64,000 bases of DNA from Candidatus Doudnabacteria bacterium (lineage in GTDB: Bacteria > Patescibacteriota > Dojkabacteria > J137 > JAEUSD01). The notes beneath the pieces are model-generated. The model was not told where the DNA came from, did no database searches, and was given only the letters and a program-made list of their open reading frames with translations. How positions within the stretch are numbered: position 1 is the first letter of the stretch; each line of letters opens with the position of its first letter. The position numbers were made by a program, and so were the translations under genes. Shown in pieces: positions 47,382-55,900 of this stretch. Location: assembly GCA_016788825.1 (NCBI GenBank), contig JAEUSD010000002.1, positions 9,837 to 73,836 of the forward strand, in the 5' to 3' direction.

Positions 47382-47978
47382 CTAGTGTGTGAGGTACTTC
47401 TTGTACTTATCGTCGTTTTGAATAGTTTTGTCTAGCGAATCTCGTAAGATCTCGGATCGACTCTTCTTGTGTGTTGTAGATGCCCAGTCAAGATAGTATT
47501 TATGTTTTTTGTTAAGTACAACGTTATATCGGCCTTGAGTATTCCCCACTTCGTTGACTTTGATAAACTCATTGAGAGTTTGACCGAGATTCTCCAAGGT
47601 ATATTCTTTAACTACGAGATCAGGAGAACCCAAGGACTCAATATAAGAATCAGCAAATAAAGTATCATCTTTGTGAAGGCGCAAAACAAGTGTGGGCTTT
47701 CGGCGTTGCAAAGCAAAAGTAATTTGATGCGCAGTGCTGAAATTAGGAATAGTATTTTCAATTATAACTAGGTCCGCCTCACTAATCGCGTCAATTACGC
47801 TTTGATAGATCTTTTTGGAGCGCTCGTAAGGTTGTTTCATTTGTGATATCTTCTCTGCTGCATCTAGCCAATCGTGTAAGATTACACATCCTTTATCAAC
47901 TAAGCCATTACGGATCGCAAAGTAGTATTGTCGGTAGTTTTTCCATTCTGCTGTTGTACAGCCAAACCAGACCTTCAT
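47382..47978 (-). CDS. Uncharacterised alpha/beta domain fused to C-terminal ribbon-helix-helix (CopG-like) DNA-binding motif
   Basis: 198 aa. The C-terminus 'RYNVVLNKKHKYYLDWASTTHKKSRSEILRDSLDKTI' fits an RHH beta-strand plus two helices. The N-terminal roughly 150 aa has alternating beta/alpha character ('KVWFGCTT', 'DLVIIENTIPNFSTAHQITFAL'). Confidence 0.4.
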   Translation of the reverse strand: MKVWFGCTTAEWKNYRQYYFAIRNGLVDKGCVILHDWLDAAEKISQMKQPYERSKKIYQSVIDAISEADLVIIENTIPNFSTAHQITFALQRRKPTLVLRLHKDDTLFADSYIESLGSPDLVVKEYTLENLGQTLNEFIKVNEVGNTQGRYNVVLNKKHKYYLDWASTTHKKSRSEILRDSLDKTIQNDDKYKKYLTH

Positions 47979-48064
47979 AGTTGTGTAAATAATTTTGGTG
48001 TTGTGTAATGACTACACAACGATAAAAACGATAACATCCACTGCTTAATTTTAAAAGACTAATT

Positions 48065-48433
48065 ATGGCAAAATCTTTAAAACAGATAGCAAAGCAGATA
48101 AGTGACTTTGCAGATTCTCGAGGTTGGAAGAATGATGAACCAAATCACCTCATTACGTCATTGATGATAGAGCTTTCAGAATTGGCTGAATACTTTCAGT
48201 GGAAAAAGTCTTTTCCGGAATTCTCCAATGATGAGCGTAAAGCTGTAGCCTTTGAGCTTGTGGATGTGTTGGTGTATATGTTGCAGATCGCGAATAAGTC
48301 AGGGATAAAAGACCTAGAGCCATATTTTCTATTAAAGATGGAGAAACTAGGTGAGAAGTTTGCAATCGGGGCAGATTGGCATACTGTCCACGAGGGTTAT
48401 CGCAAATCTGGAAAGAATAAGTTTTATGATTGA
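48065..48433 (+). CDS. MazG-like nucleotide pyrophosphohydrolase domain protein
   Basis: 122 aa. 'LMIELSELAEYFQWKK' and 'ELVDVLVYMLQIANKSGIDL' match the EExxE/D metal-binding helices of the MazG/all-alpha NTP-PPase fold. Confidence 0.6.
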   Translation: MAKSLKQIAKQISDFADSRGWKNDEPNHLITSLMIELSELAEYFQWKKSFPEFSNDERKAVAFELVDVLVYMLQIANKSGIKDLEPYFLLKMEKLGEKFAIGADWHTVHEGYRKSGKNKFYD

Positions 48434-49548
48434 GTTGTTCTGATAAGTACCTTCAAGCCTTTCTCCGATTGGGCGGAGATTTCCCAGCCGTGGGCCTCGA
48501 CGATTTCTTTTACAATGGCGAGGCCCAGTCCCATGCCGCCCGTGGCGCGGTTACGGGATTTCTCGACGCGGTAGAACCGTTCGAATATGTAAGGAAGATG
48601 TTTCGCGTCGATGCCTTTGCCGTTGTCCGCGAAGGTGATCACATTGCCGGAGGCCGAAATGGTGATCTGGGTCGCTTTGGCATAACGCAGGGCGTTGTCG
48701 ATCAGGTTTTGGAACACTTCTGCGAGCAGGTGGCGATCTGCGCGGAGGCGCAGATCGCCTGATATTTCATTCTTCAACTTCACCTTCGCTTTCTTCAACG
48801 CTGTTTCGTTCTGCAAAGCCAGTTCGTCTACCAGCTCTTTCATGGCAACATCGTCTTTCTTCAGTTCCACAGCTTTTGAACGCAGTCTGGAGTAAGTCTG
48901 CAGCGTATCGACCAAATTTTGTAATCGATCGACTTGATCAAGCAAAGTCTTGATCCGTTCAGGAGTCGCTTCAAGTACTTCATCACGAATGCCTTCCAGT
49001 TGTCCTTTCAGACTTGTGACAGGTGTCTTCAGTTCATGCGAAGTGTCGGAGATCAAGTCTTTGCGCAATTCCTCTACCTTATGCAACTCGTCAACCATGT
49101 TATTAAATTCATTTATCAGTTCATCAAACTCTGCTGTACCGGTTCTATCCAACTTCACACGATAGTTATTGCTGCGCAAACTTTTCATTCCACCCCTCAA
49201 CGTTTTCACTTGCGAAGTGATGATCTGCGAAGCAGCTACACCAATGATTATCGAGGCGAGTCCAGCGATCAAAGTTACAGACATCAAGGAACTTTGAAAC
49301 CGTTCACGGAAGCGCTCGTGCAGTGGCGTGACTCTTTGTGCTTCTACAAAAGGTGTAACGATTACGTTGCCAGTACCAGGAATAGTTTGCACTTGAAACT
49401 CGGGATCTCTGACTACTGTTAAAAATGTGTCAGAACCAGTGTTGAATACGATCAGATTGCCGATTCCAAAAAGTAAGATAAACATTCCGGACATCACGCA
49501 GGCAATTTGAAACCAAAAACTTGTGAGGATGCGTTTAATAGTGCTCAT
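48424..49548 (-). CDS. Sensor histidine kinase
   Basis: 374 aa with two TM helices. HisKA H-box 'ISDTSHELKTPVTSL'. HATPase N/G boxes 'NLIDNALRYA', 'DNGKGI' and 'GGMGLGLAIV'. Confidence 0.85.
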   Translation of the reverse strand: MSTIKRILTSFWFQIACVMSGMFILLFGIGNLIVFNTGSDTFLTVVRDPEFQVQTIPGTGNVIVTPFVEAQRVTPLHERFRERFQSSLMSVTLIAGLASIIIGVAASQIITSQVKTLRGGMKSLRSNNYRVKLDRTGTAEFDELINEFNNMVDELHKVEELRKDLISDTSHELKTPVTSLKGQLEGIRDEVLEATPERIKTLLDQVDRLQNLVDTLQTYSRLRSKAVELKKDDVAMKELVDELALQNETALKKAKVKLKNEISGDLRLRADRHLLAEVFQNLIDNALRYAKATQITISASGNVITFADNGKGIDAKHLPYIFERFYRVEKSRNRATGGMGLGLAIVKEIVEAHGWEISAQSEKGLKVLIRTTQS

Positions 49549-50209
49549 TGAATTTATACCCTTTCCCGATCACGGTAATTATATATTTAGGATTCTTGGG
49601 ATCGTCTCCCAACGCTTTGCGGATAGACTTGATATGTGCGTCGATAGTACGATCAAGAATGTATGTGTCGTCAATATTGGCATGCGACCCGTCGCTCAGC
49701 TCATCACGGCTGAAGACTTTGCCGGGTCGCTGCGCTAGGTTGTATACGATGTTAAATTGGGTTGTGGTGAGGACGATGGGGGTTGCGGATTTGGTGATTT
49801 CCATCTTTTCGGGATCGATCACCAAATCCGCAATTTGCAACTTCCCTGTTCCTACACGCCTGAGCAAACTTTGCACCCTGGCTACCAGCACTTGGGGTGA
49901 AAAAGGTTTCTTTACATAGTCATCTGCTCCGATTTCCAAACCAATCAACTCATCTATCTCTTCGACACGAGCTGTAACCATAATGATCGGCACGATGGAC
50001 TTGGCCCGAATCTGCTTGCATACCTCTACTCCATCGATGCCGGGCAAGTTAAGGTCGAGCAATACGAGGTCATACTGATGTGATTCAAATTGCTCTAGCG
50101 CGCTACCTCCATCTGCGACAACGTCTCCCTCTATGCCAGCGCGCTTCAGATATCCCTGGATGACCTCTGAAATTGTAGGTTCGTCTTCGACGATCAATAC
50201 TTTTGCCAT
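49535..50209 (-). CDS. OmpR-family response regulator
   Basis: 224 aa. Receiver domain with 'LIVEDE' and 'LLDLNLPGIDG'. C-terminal winged-helix ('YIITVIGKGYKF'). Confidence 0.9.
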   Translation of the reverse strand: MAKVLIVEDEPTISEVIQGYLKRAGIEGDVVADGGSALEQFESHQYDLVLLDLNLPGIDGVEVCKQIRAKSIVPIIMVTARVEEIDELIGLEIGADDYVKKPFSPQVLVARVQSLLRRVGTGKLQIADLVIDPEKMEITKSATPIVLTTTQFNIVYNLAQRPGKVFSRDELSDGSHANIDDTYILDRTIDAHIKSIRKALGDDPKNPKYIITVIGKGYKFNEHY

Positions 50210-50249
50210 GGCTGATTATATAGCAATGCTTGTGAAATTGTTGTGAAGG

Positions 50250-51209
50250 TTACAAACTCCGTAGAATAGGCAATCCTTCGGCGACGAGGAAAGCTAGGTA
50301 GAGCCCCACCAAGATGCCGCCTTCGCGGTAGGTGAGTTCTTTCCCTGTGTAGGCGAGGTAGGCGAAGATAATTAGGCTGAGCCCGAGCATGGTCATCACT
50401 GGAATCAACGCTGAGTAGTTTGCAAGATGGTGAGGGGCCAGTACACCAATTAATCCTAATGTCCCAGTATTTAATGAAGCGCTTCCCATCAGGTTTCCGG
50501 TGACGAGTTTTCCACTTTCGGTACCCTGGCTACGGAGCATGATCACCAACTCTGGAACGTTTGTTCCTAAAGCAAGAACCAGCAAGCCGACAACTGCATT
50601 TGGGATCCCAACTGCTAACGCTAGGTTTGTGGCGGACTCAACTATCAAGACCGAACAAACGACCAATCCTACAATCCCTACAAAGCTTTTGGCCGATGAA
50701 CTAAGGATAATCTTGCGGCTGAGTTTGGTCGTTTTATGTTTTTCTACTGAACTGCGACTGCTACGAGTAGTGATGTAGGCGGCAAATATTACGTATAGTA
50801 GTATCAGGAAAATTCCTTCTGCTTGTGTGAGGTTGCGGTCATAGATTGCTACGATCTGACAGCCAAGTACGATGGCGGTTAAGATTATTTGTGGCGCCCC
50901 GAAACTTCCTTTGAAAGGTACTTTTTTGTGCAAGATGGTATTTATTCCCAGAATCATGGTGATGAGGATGAGGCTAGCGCCTAACATGTGTCCTACAGAA
51001 AGGCTGGGAACACCGTTGAGGCTTGATGTGATGGATACAGAGATCTCAGGCAACGAAGAGGCAATGCTTACCGCCAAGAAGCCAATCACAAACGTACTTA
51101 TTCTGAGTCGGTGGGCAAAATATACAAACGAGTCTTCGATCAAATCGGCTGCTCTGCTTAGCAGATAGGCAAGAATGATGACGGCAAAAAGATAGAACAA
51201 AATTTCCAT
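50250..51209 (-). CDS. Ca2+/cation antiporter (CaCA family, YrbG-like)
   Basis: 319 aa and about 10 TM. Alpha-repeat motifs 'GTNVPELVIML' and 'SSLPEISVSITS'. Confidence 0.75.
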   Translation of the reverse strand: MEILFYLFAVIILAYLLSRAADLIEDSFVYFAHRLRISTFVIGFLAVSIASSLPEISVSITSSLNGVPSLSVGHMLGASLILITMILGINTILHKKVPFKGSFGAPQIILTAIVLGCQIVAIYDRNLTQAEGIFLILLYVIFAAYITTRSSRSSVEKHKTTKLSRKIILSSSAKSFVGIVGLVVCSVLIVESATNLALAVGIPNAVVGLLVLALGTNVPELVIMLRSQGTESGKLVTGNLMGSASLNTGTLGLIGVLAPHHLANYSALIPVMTMLGLSLIIFAYLAYTGKELTYREGGILVGLYLAFLVAEGLPILRSL

Positions 51210-51283
51210 TCAAACATGTTAGCAGCTTCCGATGTCCTGGATAAGGGGTGAGAACAGGCAAAATGGGAGGTCTGTGACGGAAG

Positions 51284-51808
51284 CTATTTGGGACCCTCTA
51301 GGGCCGCAAGTCTTTTCTCTAGCTGTTTTACTTTGTGATCTAGCTTTGCGGCCGTGTAGGCTCCGTCTGTGGAATAGCTCAAGTATAAGATCAGGGCCAT
51401 AGCGACTAGGCTTAGGACGATGGCGAGGGTCCGGTAGATACCAGAGATGCCGGCTACTAGTCCGGGGTAAACCTCTGTTTGGGCGAAATCAAAGTCTTCG
51501 TTCTCATTTGTGGCTCCGCCGAACAAGCTCTGAATTCCATTGAGTATCCCCTGCGGCGTCGCCAATGCATCATCGATGCCTTTATCAATGTTGACGACGG
51601 TGTCATATGTGCCCCAAGCTTTCAAACTGTTATCTGCGAGTGTGCCGTATAATTGGGGCACAAACAGCGCGGTAAGGCAGATGATCACCATAACTGGGAA
51701 CAATAGGTGTAAACCCCAGTGCATCATGCGCACGATTTGCGCCCTTAGTACAAACAACAAGCTGATGGCGATCAAAACTATTAAAACGATGATTGTGAGT
51801 GGTGACAT
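51284..51808 (-). CDS. Hypothetical membrane protein
   Basis: 174 aa with 3 TM segments and a C-terminal coiled-coil 'KVKQLEKRLAALEG'. Confidence 0.4.
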   Translation of the reverse strand: MSPLTIIVLIVLIAISLLFVLRAQIVRMMHWGLHLLFPVMVIICLTALFVPQLYGTLADNSLKAWGTYDTVVNIDKGIDDALATPQGILNGIQSLFGGATNENEDFDFAQTEVYPGLVAGISGIYRTLAIVLSLVAMALILYLSYSTDGAYTAAKLDHKVKQLEKRLAALEGPK

Positions 51809-51887
51809 TTAGGTCGATTAATCGGGTTATTTTAACAATTGTTGAGGAAAGGGTATATAGATGTTATGGGATATATCTGTGCTATAA

Positions 51888-52832
51888 TTGAGGCCCATGA
51901 CTTCAAAAACAGGACTAACTAATATAGTAAAATTTAATACTCCTCGATCCCCTAGAAACTCAGCTTCGATTGCTCGGTCATTACTTGTATCACTTTCTTC
52001 TACTTTAGGGGAATTCGATTTAGAAGAGGTAGATAAAGTCTCAAGATTTAGAAATCTTTGTATATACATGCAGATTATTGAGAACTTTCTTAATGAACTT
52101 CTAGAAGAAAATATAATTCTTTCACCTACGCCGGAAGTAGGAATTAAGGTAAGACATGATATACGTCAACCTTTGGCAAAGATCATGAATATCTCATCCG
52201 TAGGGGTTTTGTTCCGAGATGATCAAGAAGCTCTAGTCGATAAATATACCGCGATTCTTGTGAACGCAGTAGAACACTTAATAACTACCTTGGATTTCTC
52301 TGTATCAGAAGTGTTATCTGAAGAAGTAGATATTCCTTACGTAATTGAGGGCCTAAGCAGGACAAATTGGGCAACGTATATTGACCCAGATCTTAATCCG
52401 TCTGGAGAAATTAGTGTCAACTTTGTAATTAATCAATTTGTTCTCGATAACCCAATCTTTTTTCCACAAATTTCTAGTGCTGAGTTCTTGCGAAGTTTAC
52501 GTGAACCAATAATAAACTCTGCCAAGTATGGTGCCACTGGAGTAATAGTGGATGTTGTAATTATGAGTAATGGCTTCCTGTCTATTCGTTATAAAGATAA
52601 CGGTATGGGTATTGAAGCTGATAGGCTGAGGAAAGCAAATGAAGTTCTAAAAGGAAGTGGAGACACAGAGTCTTTGGAGGCGGATAAGAGACTCAAAAAA
52701 GGAGATTCTACTGGAGCAGGTTTAAGAAGTATGGTCCAGGAGGGTGTCAAAGCTCAGTTGTACTCTGATGGACCAAACAAAGGCACAACGACCCTTGTTT
52801 TCTTTTCTCCTAAGAAAAAAATCGAGTCCTAA
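51888..52832 (+). CDS. Soluble histidine-kinase-like ATPase (start uncertain)
   Basis: H-box-like 'RHDIRQPLAKIMN'. N/G1/G2-like 'INSAKYGATGVIVDV', 'KDNGMGIE' and 'GAGLRSMVQEGV'. No TM segment. Confidence 0.5.
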   Translation: MRPMTSKTGLTNIVKFNTPRSPRNSASIARSLLVSLSSTLGEFDLEEVDKVSRFRNLCIYMQIIENFLNELLEENIILSPTPEVGIKVRHDIRQPLAKIMNISSVGVLFRDDQEALVDKYTAILVNAVEHLITTLDFSVSEVLSEEVDIPYVIEGLSRTNWATYIDPDLNPSGEISVNFVINQFVLDNPIFFPQISSAEFLRSLREPIINSAKYGATGVIVDVVIMSNGFLSIRYKDNGMGIEADRLRKANEVLKGSGDTESLEADKRLKKGDSTGAGLRSMVQEGVKAQLYSDGPNKGTTTLVFFSPKKKIES

Positions 52833-52955
52833 CCTCTAGTTAAATTCTCCTAAACATTTGCCATCTTTTGGAGTATATTACGTTATAAATATATGCCCAA
52901 ATATTTTTCCCAAAACGCAATTTGCCTCTGGATTTCATCCAGTTCACTAAACTCA

Positions 52956-52979
52956 AATCCCGCATAGCCGGGATTTTTT
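52956..52979 (+). terminator. Hairpin plus T-run (terminator/attenuator-like) 18 nt upstream of the giant gene
   Basis: AATCCCG-CATAGC-CGGGATT followed by TTTTAT. Confidence 0.4.
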
Positions 52980-52997
52980 ATTTCTTATTCTACTTAT

Positions 52998-55900
52998 ATG
53001 AAGAAGCTTCGAGACCTCTTGCGGGTGCTGCTGATTGTGACGTTTATGTTCCCGGCGAGTTTGGTGAGCGTGCTGCCGGCGAAGGTGGAAGCTGATGGAA
53101 CACCTTGTTTTGTTCAGCCAATTGTTCATGCAAATCCTACAGGGAGATTACTCGTGTTATTGAACGGGCTTAACACTGAAAATACTAATGGACTGGGTTA
53201 TCTTAGCTGGTTTCATTTGCGGGATGGCATAAGAGACTTTTATGATGGGGTAGTTACTTTTAGCTATGATAAAGATAATGCCTCTGGTTACTATAATTTC
53301 GAGGATACAGGTGAGGGCCTTGCACACCATATTGAAGCCTTAAGGTCACTTTTGATTAGTTGTAAGTCTACGAACAATTTCGCTTCTGTAGACTTGATAG
53401 GACATAGCCAGGGTGGTTTTACAGGCTTTTATTTCCTTAAAGAGGAGGCATCGGATGGTGCAAGTGGGATACTGGACGGATATGTGAAGAATTTAATAAC
53501 TCTTGATTCGCCAGTGAATGGTTCTTCACAACTTTGCGGAGTACATTTCCCTTCACAATGCTCTAGTATCTTGGCGTGGGTTGACGGTCTAGTAGATATC
53601 TTTACTCATAAACTGATGAATAGTGTATCTGGACAAGATATGGGCCGGAAATACTTTACTCCTCCGAACATAGTAGAGACAAATCAGGATTTCGTTGAGA
53701 CTATGGAGCAGCAAGGGGTTCAGATACATACTATTACTAATCAATATGATATAGCTGTCCCTCCTAGAGATGCAGTAATAGCGGGTCATAATAATGTTGG
53801 AAGCTGGAAGGCAACCCTTAGTAATATTGGCGGTCACTCTGCTGTCTTTGAAGAACAGTATGCCAATGAGGTCGTCTCTCTGATGAGACCAATTTTAACA
53901 GAAGCTTACAACCCCAATACCCCTCCACCTGCATACAATGTCGGGGGGAATAGTGCAAGATTTATTTCACATGAAGATATAGGCGAGACCTTAGTTGTAT
54001 TACCTAAGCAAACTTTTAAGAAGACGTGGCGTATTAAAAATGTAGGGACAACCACATGGGATACAGGTCACAAATTATCCTTTCAATACGGAAGCCAATT
54101 ATGGGTAAATAAAGTTGGGGTGTTGAATGGAGCAATAGCACCAGATCAAGAAACATTAGTTAACGTTACATTAACGGCACCAAGCACGCCAGGAGAGTAT
54201 CAGTCATATTGGCAAATGTCTACACCTTCAGGACAATATTTTGGCGACCTGCTTTGGTTGAAGGTAAAGGTCCAGAACGATGCGTCTGCCATAGGCGTTG
54301 GCACTGGCCAGGTTAAGCTGTTTACCGCTGCGAACTATGCCGGGACGGCTTCGAGTTTTGGGACGGGGGCGACGAATGCTCCAAGTGCGAATGCGGTTTC
54401 ATTGCAGATGCCTGAGGGGTGGTCTGTGCGGACCTACAGGGCGGACAACTACACGGGACAAGGAACTAACACTCGCTGTTGGTCCGCCTCAGTACCTAAT
54501 CTGCAGGATCATGATAATTGGCAAAATGCCATCCAATCCATGCAGGTCTACAACTATAACGATTGCGGGGGTGGGCAATCAGTTAAATTATACAAAGAAA
54601 CAAACTATAGCAACCTAGACCGAGAATACCTGCCAGCCTTTACAAACCTACCAAACAAAGATACCTATTCCATAAACATCCCAACAGGATGGTCAGTCTG
54701 GGCATACGATCAAGATAACTACGGAGGGGGTAAAGTTTGTTGGTCGTCCTCAGTTCCTAACCTCCAAGATACAGGTTGGCAAAATAAAATCGCATCAATG
54801 GAAGTCTACACAACAAACCAATGTGCGGATAACAGCAATGTACTCGAACTCTGTACAGAAACAGGCTTTCAACAGGGCACCTGTAAAGCTGTTCATGAAA
54901 GCGCAAATAGCCTTCAGGTAGCAGGATTCGGCAATGACAATGCCAAGTCTATTAAAGTAACTGGCGACTGGCGAGCCGTGCTATTCCATGGAGAAAACTA
55001 TGAAGGCGCCAAGCAGTTATTCACTTCCAGCGATAACGACCTCAGCGATACCGCTGTAGGAAACAACCAAGCCTCCTCTATTCAGGTCCGTAAAGTTGAT
55101 CCAACACGCGTGATCCTTTACGACTTGGGAGACCTCAACGGAGAAGCATTCCCATCAGACAGAACAGTCGTTAATCTCGAAAACTGGTTCTTCAACGACA
55201 AAGCAGAATCTGTCCGCGTAGACCCAGGATACGAAGTAATCATCTGTTCAGATGCAAACTTCCGAGGGATCTGCGGACGCACAAATGTGAATAAGAATGA
55301 CCTCAACGATGTGGCTTATGGACTACGCAACAATGTAAGTTCTGTGCGTGTGTGCGAAGGCAGCTGTCCAGCCACATCGTTAGTTCCTACAATCGCCGGT
55401 CCAGTAGACACAGCCAGTTTCTTGCCAGGCAGCGATGTCGCATTCAGCTGGGTCGGAAATGGCGAAGAATATTACATTGAATACTGGGGAGGCGACCTCT
55501 CAGGAACCCATAATTCCAACGGAATCTATGGCACAACCAGCTGGACCAAGTCCGGTCTACCAGCATCTCAAAATTCATACTATTGGCATGTACGTTCTTG
55601 GAGTCCTTACGGACAAACCGCTTGGAGCCCAACATACAGCTTCAAAGTCCAAGACATTGGACCAAAAGATGTAGTGATCGCGGGACCAGACGTGGCCACG
55701 GTAAATCAGAACCACATCTACACCGCATTTATAAATCCTACCGACGCTGCAAACCTCAATCTCGTCTGGTCCCCTACTCCAGTCTCAGGACAAGGAACAC
55801 TAGAAGCGACATACAATTGGACAACAGTTGGTCCACGTAGCATCTCGCTCGCTGTTTCAAATACAGGCGGCAATGCAACAGGATCATTAAACATAGAGGT

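Noticed and set aside
52833-52997. Independent promoter or ncRNA between the histidine-kinase-like gene and the giant gene
   Set aside because: AT-rich with a hairpin, but too short and featureless to call an RNA gene. Recorded only as a terminator/attenuator-like hairpin.
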